A stretch of DNA of 64,000 nucleotides, from NCBI RefSeq assembly GCF_006345805.1, contig NC_043002.1, positions 106,888,001 to 106,952,000 of the forward strand, given 5' to 3'. Shown one piece after another: positions 24,016 to 38,204 of this stretch (its first letter is position 1; each line of letters begins with the position of its first letter). The notes under the pieces are model-generated. The model ran no database searches, had not been told where the DNA came from, and worked only from the letters and a program-made list of their open reading frames with translations. Source of the DNA: Octopus sinensis (Eukaryota). Position numbers and translations under genes: made by a program.

Positions 24016-25636
24016 CTTTATCTTCGAGGTTAATATTTCCCTGTCAGGGGGTGCCGATTTCTTTCAAATGAAGGGATAGGTGCCCGTAAATTTATAAATT
24101 TATTCTATTTTTGCCAAACACTTGGCATTCAGAAGTCATTCTTTGAATCAGTTGTTTTACGAGATATTCTCATTGAATATGATACAACAATGAAAGAAAC
24201 GTGTGTGTGTGTATGGATGTGTACATATTTTTTTTTCGTTGATTCAAAACGTTAAATAGCTGCAAAATAGTAAAGTGTTTTGTTTTATTCTACATTTCCA
24301 GGTGGTCCTCGAACAAAATGAAAATTCAGCATTTACATTTTATCACAAATTTCAACTCAGAAAACCTTTTTATTTTCAGGCACCCTTTTTTTTTTTCTTC
24401 AATCTCTTCCGATCATCAATGAGATTTTCATGTCTACAGGAATTCGAAAAAAAAAAAAAAAATTCTTGAAGTTTGTTTTGTTGTTGTTTTTTAAAATCCT
24501 TTGAAGAAATGCGTCCTTAACGCCGACCTCAAACGATGTTCTGACGTCGTCGTCAAAATCTGAAACCTAATTTCTCTTCCTCTCTCACACAACTGCGTTC
24601 GTTTCCGCTCTAATTTCCCAATAAACAGGTCTACTGGCCGAAATACCAACAAACTTGTGTTTAAAAATATGTTAAACAAGTGACTGTTGCAGACGAGTAT
24701 CACCGCTATTTCCAGTTGTATTTCATCTCCACAATTGCCAGAATTATTGAATAACACACACGACATAACAAATAAGTTGTAATGCAAACAAATCCCATTT
24801 TGGCGAAGGTAAAGAATACGCACACCCGGTGTTTAGGGTCAAGGTTTTTGTTTCACCGAAAACGGGTAGTGGTGCATATTCTTTACCTCCGACCCCATTT
24901 TGACACAGCAACTCTTCTCAACGAACGAGGGAACGTCTACAGTAGCTCAACCTGCTAGAAATAACAACCAAATCATACTCTACTGTCTATAAAAAAGAAC
25001 ACGTCGAATCATGCAGTCCTGGTTACAATATTTGGAAATAAACATGGGATGATCAAAAATCTACTCAATCAAGGGTGACCTAGGGCTAAGCAACAAGAAT
25101 TCTTCCTTGCCAATTTTGCTTTCCTTACTTCATAGCAGAAAATATTTTAACATTTCAATAACCGTTTCCTTTTTATTATTTGTTTAATTATGAATATCTT
25201 TTAGAAAAAGAAGAGTACAATTTCAGTTGTAGCAGAAGCATGTTCACTCTTTACCTTTAGGTATCCACATTTATGCCTCTTTACCTTTAGGTACCCGTTT
25301 TGGTTCATCCCTTGATGGTCCAGTCCACCTAGCTTTATGCAGGCTGTCCACCCCTTAACATGATCGACTAGTCAAGCATCCCAACATTAGCTATTTAGGG
25401 GAAGCTTCTCCCCACTAATTCCTTAGAGAGGTGAGTTGCAACAAGTGAGTTTGGATCTTCGACATGAGAGCAGTTTTATTCCATTTTGCTGCTTGAGTGA
25501 GGAGACAATTGTAGCAGGATTCCTTGATGCCATCCACGCTTGGTGTTTTTTTCCAACGTTCATCTTCATCTTTAAGCAGCACTTTGAAATTACAGATTTT
25601 GATAGATTTATCCATGTTATACCAGTCACTGTATTT

Positions 25637-26022
25637 CCTTTTACTTGTTTCAGTCATTTGACTGTGGTCATGCTGGAGCACCGCCTTTAGTCGAGCAAAT
25701 CAACCCCAGGACTTATTCTTTGTAAGCCTAGTACTTATTCTATCGGCTTCTTTTGCCGAACCGCTAAGTTACAGGGACGTAGACACACCAGCATCAGTTG
25801 TCAAGCGATGTTGGGGGGACAAACGCAGACACACAAACATACACACACACACATATATACGATGGGCTTCTTTCAGTTTCCTTCTACCAAATCCACTCAG
25901 AAGGTTTTGGTCGGCCTAAGGCTATAGTAGAAAACACTTGCCCAAGGTGCCATGCAGTGTGACTGAACCCGGACCATGTGGTTGGTAAGCAAGCTACTTA
26001 CCACACAGCCACTCCTACGCCT
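25637..26022 (-). mobile_element. SINE family A, full length
   Basis: Reverse complement of the family A pattern. Confidence 0.9.
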
Positions 26023-26143
26023 ATAGCGGAATAAATGTTGCAGTCAATTTTATCATGTCTTCGCATTTCTTGATGTTCTTCATCCTGACTCTTACTAACC
26101 CAGGTATACTACTACCAGGGGCCTTAGCAACATTACATCATTT

Positions 26144-26515
26144 GGATGGATGGAAGCACTCCGTCGGTTATGACGACGAGGGTTCCGGTTGATCCGAATC
26201 AACGGAACAGCCTGCTCGTGAAATTAACGTGTAAGTGGCTGAGCACTCCACAGACACCTGTACCCTTAACGTAATTCTCGGGGATATTCAGCATGACACA
26301 GAGAGTGACAAGGCCGGCCCTTTGAAATACAGGTACAACAGAAACAGGAAGTAAGAGAAAGTTGTGGTGAAAGAGTACAGCAGGGATCACCACCATCCCC
26401 TGCCGGAGCCTCATGGAGCATTTAGGTGTTTTCGCTCAATAAACACTCACAACGCCCGGTCTGGGAATCGAAACCGTGAGTCCGCTGCCCTAACCACTGG
26501 GCCATTGCGCCTCCA
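26144..26515 (-). mobile_element. tRNA-derived SINE family C with 22-bp TSD
   Basis: GGAGGCGCAATGGCCCAGTGGTTAGGGCAGCGG head; TSD ccttagcaacattacatcattt at 26122-26143 and 26517-26538; (TCCA)n tail. Confidence 0.9.
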
Positions 26516-26934
26516 CCCTTAGCAACATTACATCATTTACCACCTCACTAAACAGTGTTTGTCACATTGCACTCGACTTCCTCCTCTAAAAGACCGTTTA
26601 AAGAAACCAGGGCTGAGAGACAACTTGTTAAGAGGCTGACCCAGTAACGATTCAGTGTTTCAGATCACATCATTGTTGATGTACTGTGATCCAGGAATAC
26701 GGGGAGTGACCTGAAACTGCTTGGTCTGAATAGCTGAAAATAATTTGTTCACCACTTCATTAGGTATCTTCAGTAAAGTACAGCTTTGTACCAGCCAGCT
26801 GTAGGAGCACTTGTATGGATTCCGTGTACTTTGTAGACATTTTCAAATCCTATGAAGGATTTAGTTTGGAGAGGAAAAGTTTCCATTCCAAAATGTTGAA
26901 CTGTCCAAAGATATATATATATATATATATATAT

Positions 26935-27130
26935 ACAATTGCAGCGTGGAAGGTGTTTAAGAAACACAAAAACCGTTAGATTCACTTCAACATTTAAATT
27001 TAATTTGTCAAAATATTTTCGTTGCTTTGAGACCGCGACTTGTTCCCTGACAATTTAAATGTTGAAGTGAATCTAACGGGTTTTGTGCGTTTCTTAAATG
27101 GCTTATAAACACCTTCCACGCTGCAATTGT
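26935..27130. repeat. Inverted-repeat element between (TA)n tracts, PLE-terminus-like
   Basis: acaattgcagcgtggaaggtgttta and ccgttagattcacttcaacatttaaatt recur as reverse complements at 27052-27130. Confidence 0.85.
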
Positions 27131-28010
27131 TTTCGTTCCAGCACACAATCTCAGATCAAGTCACTCGCTATGCAAGTATATCTCCATATATATATATATA
27201 TATATATATATATCCATATATATATATCCATATATATATATTATATATATATCCATATATATATATATATATCCATATATATATATATATATGGTTTTAG
27301 ATGATTTCATACCAATTTTGGTATGAAGTCTTTAGAATTTTGCTCAACTTAACATATTTGCTATGAACAATGAAGTACCTTAAAAGCTCTTTGACCGTTT
27401 TCACACTTCAGCTTAATCTCTTTGTGCTGGTAGATTTGTAAGAAAATAGAACGGAGATTTTGCATCTCAAGACACTTTATGAACTTGATAAACTTCCCTG
27501 TGACTCAGAACCACTATGTTACCGTTACACTAGCTGGAAATAGCAGTCAAAGCTCCTTCAAATCACATACTGCTCTAATGTTGTCCTGAGTGTTCTGTGA
27601 CTGAACAAAAGGCAAGGTTTTAACGCTGGAACATCTTTAGTCATTAGTCAGGACTGACCTGGGACTAAACAACTTTAATGTAACAAAGAGCTTTCACTCA
27701 AAATACAAAAACTTCAAGTCAACAAGGAAACATTTGTGTAGTTGTTCAACCTCTTAAAGCAATTACACCTACCATCTTCAAAATGGTGATGATACATTGC
27801 GTAATGTAATACTAGAAACACAAAGCTTAAAAGAACTGGATGATCATAGCTACAAGAATGTCTTAAATTCAGTTGCAGACTCACCACCAAGGCAGTTCAT
27901 AAATCCAGTATATTTATTCCTGGCGGTTGTACTTCTTCACTGCCAAAACAGACGAAATCCTCCAGATGATTTCGTCTGTTGAACCATCCTGGAGGGGGGG
28001 GGGCTTCAAA

Positions 28011-28312
28011 ACCAACAACAACAACACTGAACACCTTTTTGGTCTCCATGTGTCCAATACACGTGGACATGCCTACAAAGTCAGAAAACAACACAGCTCC
28101 CATGACTTTCGGAAACATTTTTTCACGCTCAGAGTTGCTGAAGCATGGAACAAACTGCCTGCGTCAGTTGTTGACTGCCATGACACTGCATCCTTTAAGG
28201 CCCTCATGCTTTCCGAAATCTGCCGAAACTACACCTGATTATACATACACTTTAGATGAGTTGTAGTGTACCTGAGCACTGTACACAATGTTTTTATTAT
28301 TATTATTATTAT
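28011..28312 (+). mobile_element. CR1-type LINE 3' end
   Basis: NTRGHAYKV...FRKHFFTLRVAEAWNKLPASVV...SFK motif plus (TTA)n tail. Confidence 0.85.
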
Positions 28313-29409
28313 TAGAAGGCTAAATACCATCTGGATTTTCACTTTGCTTTGGTGATAAATTCCAGTAAGACTGAACCATGTCTGTAGCTATCACCTTGCT
28401 TCCTAAACATCTAAATTTTTTCTATGCCATTCACAATATCGACCCTTCCTTGATTTATTTGAATTTATTCCGATAGACCATTGAGTTAATTTCTATTTTC
28501 TTTAAAAAAAAAAATTTTTTTTAAATACAGCAGTGCTGTCCCAATCATAATAATCTCTAAGGCAACCAAATTTAATAATCATCATCAACGTTTAACGTCC
28601 GCTTTCCATGCTAGCATGGGTTGGACGGTTCAACTGGGGTCCGGGAAGCCAGAAGGCTGCACCAGGCCCAGTCTGATCTGGCAGTGTTTCTACGGCTGGA
28701 TGCCCTTCCTAACGCCAACCACTCCGAGAGTGTAGTGGGTGATTTTATGTGCCACCGACACAGGTGCCAGACGAGGCTGGCGAACGGCCACGCTCGGATG
28801 GTGTTTTTTATGTGCCACCGACACAGGTGAAAAAAAAAAAAAACACCATCTGAGCGTGGCCGTTCGCCGGGGAATAATATTAATATTACCAGAAAATAAG
28901 GAGGGATTTTAACTCAGCCAGAAACTATCACAAGGTATTGTGATTGACATTACTCTATCACTTGCTACAAGCTGCTATATGGTCATTTGACCTGCTACGA
29001 ATAGCAGCCAATTCAGCAAAAAAATTGCACCATAGTACTTTCAAGAGGTAAAAGAAGGTGTAGATTGAGTGATATGATTCAAGCTTACAATGTCTTTGGG
29101 AAAGACTGGATGAACACCTGTCTGTTGACGCCTAGGGCTAAAACAACAACAACAACAAAGTAGTCACTGTTTTCATGTCCATTTTTATTTTACTTCATTG
29201 ATATAACAATAATTAAGAGAGAATTGGGTTGTTTTTTTTTTGGTAATTTTTTGTTCATTTTGTTATGACTTTGTTCTTTTATTTTTAAAAACAATACTTG
29301 ATAACTTTCAAGTCAGTTACCTGAAATTTTGTTTAGCCGTCCACTTTCCTCACCAATTTCTTGTGTGTGTGTGTGCAGGTGTGTGTATATATGTGCTTGT
29401 GTATGTATA

Positions 29410-29441
<32 letters not shown>

Positions 29442-32400
29442 ATACCTATTTCTTTATTACTCACAAGGGGCTAAACATAGAGAGGACAAACAAGGATAGA
29501 CATAGGTATTAAGTCGATTACATCGACCCCAGTGCGTAACTGGTACTTAATTTATCGACCCCGAACGGATGAAAGGCAAAGTCGACCTCGGCGGAATTTG
29601 AACTCAGAACGTAACGGCAGACGAAATACCACCAGGCATTTCGCCCGGCGTGCTAACGTTTCTACCAACTCGCCGCCGTTTATATATATATTATACCAAC
29701 CTGCAACAGCTTTCCTCTTTCCACCCAATCAGTTTCAATGAATATTTAACATCATTATTATTATTATTGTTGTTGTTGTTATTGAAAACCGTGGGTGGTG
29801 GTAGTTGTAGTAGAGGGTTTGGGGGAAGGGGAAGCAACATGTTTGTTTGATGACAAGAAGGAGGCAATGGGCTGTGGGAGTGTATGAGAAAAGAAAAAAG
29901 GAAGAAATTTGGTGTTCAATTTGGAAGTGGAGTCAGAAGAAACAGACAACTGACACACCAACAACAACAAAAAAAAAAAGTAGCAGCAGACAAATGAATC
30001 CATGTAACTTGTTTTTTATTCAACAGCCTGGTTATGGGGGAGGGGGGGAGTCAGGGGGAAAGAAAGAGGTTGGGGAACACGCAAGAGATAGAAGTTAATA
30101 ATAGAGGAGAAAGAATGAGGCATACACGTGTTTTATTGAGATATAATTGTAAGAATTAAATGAAAACAAAAAAAAAAGGGTTTAAAAAAAAAAATTATGT
30201 AAATGAAAGATTTGGTAGGGTGGAGAGACCCCTTTAAGAACCATATCCAGCACCAACCAATCATAAATTTCATGACAGTCACTTAAAATCCTCAAAATAT
30301 CTAAATATTTATTGAGGAATTTTAAGTTAAATTTGTAATAAAATAAATATACATTCTCTGCTGCCCTGACAATTTTGTCCATCAGTGTTGCAGAGAGCAA
30401 AAATCAAGATTAGATGAGAGGAAAAAAAGAGAAAAAAAGGTGGAATGTAAGAACACAAGAGGAAACAGTGAAGGATTTAAAATTAAGAATGAAAAATGAC
30501 AAAAGAAGGAGGTGGGAGACAAAGAAGAAGAAGAAGAAAAAAAAACTTTTTTTTTTTAACCAACAATAGAATTAAATCAACTTAAAATAGAATTTAACAA
30601 AAACAAACAAATCCCTTTTAATAATAATAATAATAATATATAGTGTTGTTGTTGCTTTTGTTTTTTATAGATCAAGATTAAAAGTTTTGTTTTAAAGTAA
30701 AAAGGTGTGTACCTGTGCGTGTGTGTGTGTGTCTGTGTGTAGGTTGTTTATTGACATCAGAATCTTCTAGATTTTGGCTTTCAACCACACCTCCATCACA
30801 TTGCAATAGGGGTTAAAATAAAAAAAAGAGAACAAACATTCTTATCAAAGGCAAAGAGCATCATGATATCACCAACTGTACTGCTTTTATTATCATCATT
30901 ATCATTAATATTATTATTATACAAAAACAAATGCCCCACCAAAGTTGCACTTTTATTTGATCTAACGAAATGAGATAAAACTATTGAAATACATATTTTT
31001 TTTTTCTTGTGTCCAACACTTGTTGTTTAGTGTTGGTCTTCTTTGTTTAATATTTCTGGGATCTGTTTTAACGAGGCACAAGGTCAAATGATTATCACTG
31101 ATAATTAGCTTTATCAAACGCCAAAAGGATGGAAAGTAACCTGTCTCTCCATGAGATTTGAATTTAGAATGTAAAACAGAGAAAGTTGTTTACTACAAAC
31201 ATCTAAAGGTCTTAATATTAGGACAGAGAGAGAGAGAGAGAAAATGAGACATTTATAAGAATAAACAGCCACAGGTAAATCCAAGAAGGTAAACTCAAAA
31301 TTACTAATCTAGCTTCCAGCAGAGCACTAATTATGTTAATTAGATAATCTAGTTTGGTGAAGTTCTTGTAATTAATGACTATTGTTACAGTCTTTGTCGA
31401 CAGAGTGAGGCAGATGGGCAGTCTCTGATGAGTTGTCCAAGATAGGACCAAAACTAATCAAGCCAATCCATATTTAAAACATCAATTCAACTGCACAGCA
31501 CAAAGACATCAGCTGAAGTTGTCTTCCCGACGACCCTCTCTCTCTATCTCAGCTTCATCAAAACTACCTCCAAACTAATAACAATTATTTCCAACATAGA
31601 AACAAGGCCACACATTTTCGGGAGAGGAGATAGTCTTTCAACAGGTCGTTTGATTTAATGAGTCAAGAAGCAGGAAAAGTAGTGTTGGTCATGGAGGGAT
31701 TTGAATGCAAAACATAACTAAACACTGCAAGCTATAACTACCATTTCTACTACAGCACAGTCTTCAATGGTTGAGACATCTTGCGAGGGAGGGATAAGGT
31801 GCTTTAGATTAATGCTAGTCTTTATTAGTTATTGACTCAGATTGATTCCAATGCAGACAGCAAAGAGACATAAAAGAAAAAAGTCTATTAGAATTGGTTT
31901 TAGCATCCACCCTGGGTACAGAGCTAAAGGATGGGATAAAGGTGCAAGATTGGGCGAGCGTGATTGTTGGGAAAATAAAAGGAAACAATGATCCAAGAGA
32001 GATTTGAACTCCTAATTTAGAGATAGAAATAAACGCCTCATTTTTTTTGTCACTCACTCAATTCAAAGGGACATACCTAAATACTTTAAGGATTTGTAAT
32101 GTCCTTACTACTAGCTTTGCTCTTACATGGACAAAAAAAAAAAGAAAAAAAAAAGGGTGGGGCATAATCAGTTCTACTGGTCTCAGTACATAACTGGTAT
32201 TTAACAACTCTGGAAAGGTGAAAGGCAAAGTTTACCTCAGTAAGATTTGAACTCAGAACAAGTAAAAGCCAGAACTAAACACTGCAAGGCATTTTGTCCA
32301 ATGTATTATGCTCTTCTATAATTTCTTACATAAGGCCATAAATTTCTGAAGGGGAAAGAAGCCAGTCAACTAAATTGATCCATTCCTTGACTGTGTTTAT

Positions 32401-32803
32401 GTCATCCACCACGGAAAGATGAAAGGCAAAGTAGACACTAATGGAATTTAAACTCAAAAAATAGCAGGACATGACTACAAACTACAAGGCATTTGGTTCA
32501 CTCAACTGGTACTGCTGTTTACCAATTAGTACAACTGATCACTGTGTGAAGCATTCCTTATAACAATAACAACAGGAGGAAAAGTAGTAATAACAAAGAA
32601 GAGGAGCAGCAGCCTGAATAGTTATGGATTAAAACAGCTGAACAACAATCTGAGGTCCGACAGATATAGTTTAAGAAAAATATAGACTGGGTGTGAAGAA
32701 AACATTTTAATAAACTCCTCAGAAAATTTTAGACATGTACAGAGTATAAATGTGAAACATGCTTTTCTTTGATTTGTGTGTATATATGTGTGTATGTATT
32801 TTA

Positions 32804-32842
<39 letters not shown>

Positions 32843-34866
32843 TCAGTCATTAAACAGTAGCAGCACTGCTTTGAGTATTGTCAACTACATCAAACCCCAT
32901 GTATATTTTGACTCTAGAAAAATGAAAAGTAAAGAGAACTAAGCCAGGACCTGAATACAACATTTGCAGAGGAATGCAACCAAACTACTGCTTAGTATTT
33001 GGTCCGATGCTATTAATTCTGCTGGCTACAGACAGACAGACAGGCATGCACAGACACACACACACACATACACACACACTCCTGTAGGCGATTCCCTGTA
33101 ATATATTATCACAGAAGTTTGGTCTTAAAAGATTCCAAAACTAGACCATAGTGTCAGACAAGATTATGAAATTTTTTAAAATGCTAAACAAATAGAATAG
33201 TGGAGTCCCTGCCTTCTGGCACTGGTTGCAAAACAAACACACATAACAAAACTTGTAGAGCTGTGATGAGCTGCCAACAGATCTCTATGGAGTTGCTCAT
33301 GACTTGCTTGAAAAAGTAACCAAATCTCCCTCAGTTTACATCTTAACATCATAATAATAATAATGATAAAAAAAAGAAAAGGAAGGGCACAATAAAGTAG
33401 TTGACTATGTAAAGGAATTAATACAGTCTAGATGATCGTGGTTGGAACACCTCGATCAAGAATGACATGGAGATAAAACAAGTTATCTGAAACAATGATT
33501 TTGTATATCTCTCTTTACTCTTTTACTTGTTTCAGTCATTTGACTGCGACCATGCTGGAGCACCGCCTTTAGTCGAGCAAATTGACACCGGGACTTATTC
33601 TTTGTAAGCCCAGTACTTACTCTATTGGTCTCTTTTGCCAAACCGCTAAGTGACGGGGACGTAAACACACCAGCATCGGTTGTCAAGCAATGCTAGGGGG
33701 ACAAACACAGACACACAAACATATATATATACATATATACGATATGTATATATGTGTATGTAACTATATATATATATATATACACACACATATATATATT
33801 TGTGTATGCAAATTTGGTAGGTTTGATACACACACACACACATATATAAATATATGCTCTGCCCCACCCCACCAGCAAGACCACACAAACCAGAGTTATT
33901 TCCCATTACTTATCATTCGGCATTTAGTTTTGGGGATTAGTTTCTTTCTATGTCATCATTTTGTACACGTGCACACAATGACAGAACAATGAAAGTAAAA
34001 GTGCAAGGAAGTAATCTCCCGCTAGACAAGATGCTTGCATCAGATGGGTGCAAATATCGTTTTCTCCCCCCCCTCCCTTTTTTTTTCTTTCACTGGTTTC
34101 AATAACTAGCCAGCAACCCTATTCTTAGTATCAGTTGCAAGAGTTTAGGCAATCTTCGTCTGTAACTTATAAAATGGTGAAGTTTCACCATTCTGTTGTC
34201 ACTGCACTGCCAATACATAGCATACCTATTTAAATCACCATTTTTATGTCTGCTTTTCCAGGCTGGCGTGACTTGGACAGGTCAACGAACAGACACACGG
34301 ACAGACACAGTTTACATCTTCCGCAAATCAATCACAAAGTATTGATCAGTACAAGGCTACATTAGAAGACCCTTGGTCAGCATACTGCCCAGCACAATCA
34401 AAACTCAAAACATGGTTTGCAAAGTAAATCTCTCAACCACATGGCTAGGCCTATAGATACACATGTACTGACGTATCTTTAAGCAGAAGCAAATTTTAGG
34501 AATGTGCATTTTATCATCAAAATATATTGTTGTGAATTAATCCATGGTTTGACTGTGTTACACGGAGGCAGATGGCATCCACCATCCACAGAACACTGCC
34601 CCCTACTAGCTGACTTGTCAACCACAGTTCACTCCCACCCAACAGATTAACTGATGCTGGGATTTTATTATCAATGTCGACCTGGCACTGGCTGAAGGTA
34701 CTAACATTAAAATAACTAATTCCATAACCATATCTCTGGATGGGTGGGGATGAGAACAAGGTGGGGCTGGAAAGTGAACCAAACAAACACTGAACTAGCA
34801 TAAAATAAATTAAAAAAAAAAAGGGAATATAAATTTTATTCTTTTGAGCTTAAAAAAGTTATATAG

Positions 34867-34902
<36 letters not shown>

Positions 34903-35618
34903 TTTCTTTATTTTACTAACTTCAGTTATTGGGCTGCGGCCATGCTGTGGCACCACCTTGTCTGCATGTTTCGTAAGTGAGACAAGCAGGAATAAGGGAG
35001 TTAAAAAATAAGAGGGAAGAAAAAAGGATGACAGGTAAGGGAGAGTCAGAAAAGCTAATATACAGGAGAGAGAGACGGGGCTGAGATGCAGGGGGACTGA
35101 GAGAAACTAAGTAGGAAAGATGGTCAGAGACACAGAATGAGACAGAAGTGAGAGGAAGTGAGGGCTGACAGCTCGGGTTAAAACAGAAAGAAAGTAACAA
35201 TAAAAAAAATAATAATAAAAGACAGCTAGAGAAAGACAAGAAAACCAGATAGAAAAGGGTTTTCTGGTGGTGCAAATTGCATGTGCACGAAGGACCGATA
35301 TATATAAATCCAACCCTGATAGAGGTTTGTCTTACTGTGAACTTAGGAATTGAAACAACAACAAAAACAAAGAAAACGGTATTTGAAGAGGGTTGGTTTT
35401 TATCCAGTGAGGAAGCTCAGGGAGGGTTGCAACTGAAAGCAGAGCAGCAACCAGTGAATATTACAATGAACAAGAAGCCTAGCAGTGTCATGGCTGTTGT
35501 TGTTGTTGTTGTTGTAGCTGCTGAAAAGTTAGTTACATAGGCCTGTTGGCAACAACAAAAAAAAAAAAAAAAAAAAGGTAACAAAGTGCAGACAAATGTC
35601 GTAGCCTCCTCATACAAA

Positions 35619-35780
35619 CTACTTCACAGTCTGAATGCTGCACTGTAACTGCATCTGGTTGAAACGCTGGCGTAGTTTCTCTCGAAGTTCCTGTCGCAAG
35701 CGAAGGTTGACTGTTTCATTCTCTCGGAATCGCTTAATCTCTTCTTCTGAAATCACATCGTCCTCTGATAAATGAGAAGA
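35619..35780 (-). CDS. GGNBP2: GGNBP2 terminal coding exon
   Basis: tttcag|TCT...; SSHLSEDDVISEEEIKRFRENETVNLRLRQELREKLRQRFNQMQLQCSIQTVK*, resembling the GGNBP2 C-terminal ISxxEI...R...L+++F motif. Confidence 0.88.
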   Translation of the reverse strand, partial: SSHLSEDDVISEEEIKRFRENETVNLRLRQELREKLRQRFNQMQLQCSIQTVK

Positions 35781-37612
35781 CTGAAACACACAACAGAAAT
35801 AGAAAAGATAGAAATTCAAATGAGACACGATTACTTCCTCCTCACTACAGCTCTAAGTTTAATTAATTAGAAATTTTTGTCTATTAATACTACCTATTTC
35901 TTTATTACCCACAAGGGGCTAAACATAGAGGGGACAAACAAGGACAGACATAGGTATTAAGTCAATTACATCGACCCCAGTGCGTAACTGGTACTTTATT
36001 TTATCAACCCTGAAAGGATGAAAGACAAAGTTGACCTCAGTGCAATTCGAACTCAGAACATAAGAATGGACGAAATACTGCTAAGCATTCTGCCCAGCAT
36101 GCTAACAATTCTGCCAGCTCACAGCCATTGTAAACATCATTATTGTTTAACGTCCGCTTTTCATGCTGGCATGGGTTGGATGGTTTCACTGAGAACTGGC
36201 AAACCAGGAGGCTGCACCAGGCTCCAACCTTGATCTGGCAGAGTTTCTACAGCTGGATGCCCTTCCTAATGCCAACCATTCCAAGAGTGTAGTGGGTGCT
36301 TTTACGTGCCACAGGCACGGGGGCCGATCATGCAGCACTGGCATAAACATAAATACTTCCTGAGGAGTTCGCTTTATAAATATAAATCTTCCAGGTTGTT
36401 GATCTCCTCTTTAAAGGTTTCTAATGACTTGTGAACACTATTCCACGGATGCCACGGAACAGATGCAGCAAAATGTTCTCAAACTTCTTCTTCCAGCACA
36501 CCCTCTCATCATGTCCCACTATGTTAGTTTACCTACCATGTGATGAATATAATGTAATATGGCTGGGTAACCATAGAAGAGACAGCAGACATACATTATT
36601 TGTTATTAAATAGTTCAAATGCTGTCTTTATCAACTTTGCATTTCCTCCTGCTGGGGTCAATAAAATGTGGTACAAGTCAAATACCGAGGCTGATACAAT
36701 TTCCTCTTCTCGCTGCCAGCATTTCTGACTTTGTGCCTATGTAAGAAAATTTAGTCTTACATTTTTAATAAGGAGAGGCTTGGCTCCTTCTAACCAGTAA
36801 CTCAATTGTAGACACTTTTAGGGACACACCCACGTATCATCCTCAAATGACACGGCTGCTCAAAATTTCTTTTTGGCTATAAACATTGCTAAAAACAAAC
36901 TCCTGTCTACAACAAATTTGTGGATGGTGAATAGCAAAACATTCTAAACATGTTATTTAGTTGGTTGTGATGACTTCAAAATTCCTTGTCTTTTTTTTTT
37001 TTACAAACCTTGCATAATGCTACATTTTCTCTTGTACACTCCTACATGGATCCCCGTTTAATGTAGACTCCCTTATTGGTTCATTGCTAAAATTTTTATT
37101 TTGAACACACCTGGTTTTAAATTAAGGGTATTGCTACATTAGAAGTACCAGTGGGGGGTGGAGGAGGGGTATAGCTGTGCTATACTTAATGATGGAAAGT
37201 ACTTATTGAACAATTTTTTACTCCATTAGAATGTTGAACCAAATTCGATGACTGGCACCCGTGCCAGTGGAGCGCTAACAGTGCCATCCAAGCAGGATCA
37301 CTGCCAGAGCAGCTGTGTCTGGCATGTAAAAAACACCATTTGCGAGCATGGCCGTAGCCAGTACCGCCATACTGGCCCTCGTGCCGGTGGCACTTTAAAA
37401 GCACCCACTACACTCTCGGAGTGGTTGGCGTTAGGAAGGGCATCCAGCTGTAGAAACTCTGCCAGATCAGATTGGAGCCTGGCGCAGCCATCTGGTTTGC
37501 CAGCCCTCAGTCAAATCGTCCAAGCCATGCTAGCATGGAAAGCGGACATTAAACGATAATGATGACAATACATACACATATATACATACACACACACACA
37601 CGCACACATGTG

Positions 37613-37823
37613 CGAGGGGTTGGTGAAAAGTTCCTGGCTTTAAAGGTATTGTGAAAGGCCATGTTGGAGGCCCAACCTTCCAAGTTCTTCTACAGGGCTT
37701 AGAAAAACTGAAGGACTGCTACAAGTGTGTGAAACAGAGGGGTACATGTTGAATAAAATTATAGTTAAGTAATTGCCCTGTATTTTCTTTTACCCAAAGC
37801 CAGGAAGTTTTCAGCAACCCTCG
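37613..37823 (+). mobile_element. Mariner-derived MITE
   Basis: Imperfect TIRs CGAGGGGTTGGTGAAAAGTTCCTGGCTTT / AAAGCCAGGAAGTTTTCAGCAACCCTCG; interior resembles a decayed mariner C-terminus. Confidence 0.75.
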
Positions 37824-38204
37824 TGTGTGTGCATCATCATCGTTTAACGTCCGCTTTCCATGCCAGCATGGGTTGGACTGTTTGACTGAGGACTGGCAAG
37901 CCAGGAGGCTGCACCAGGATCCAATTTCTTCTGGCAAAGTTTCTACACTGGATGCTCTTCATAAAGCTAATCACTCCGAGAGTGTAGTGAGTGCTTTTAC
38001 ATGCCAGTCAGGCAGTACTGGCATCGGCACCCTCAAATGGTGCTTTTTACGTGCCGCCTGCACAGGAGCCAATCTGGCGGCACTGGTAACAACCACACTC
38101 GAATGGTGTGCGTGTGTGTGTGTGTGTGTATATATATATAAACATGGCTTCAAACCAAATTTGAGTCTAGCTTTCTCAAAGAAACAAAAACACTACGTAA
38201 AAGG

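Noticed and set aside
29700-35618. Long GGNBP2 3' UTR
   Set aside because: Plausible from composition and several minus-strand AATAAA sites, but the end cannot be fixed without transcript data
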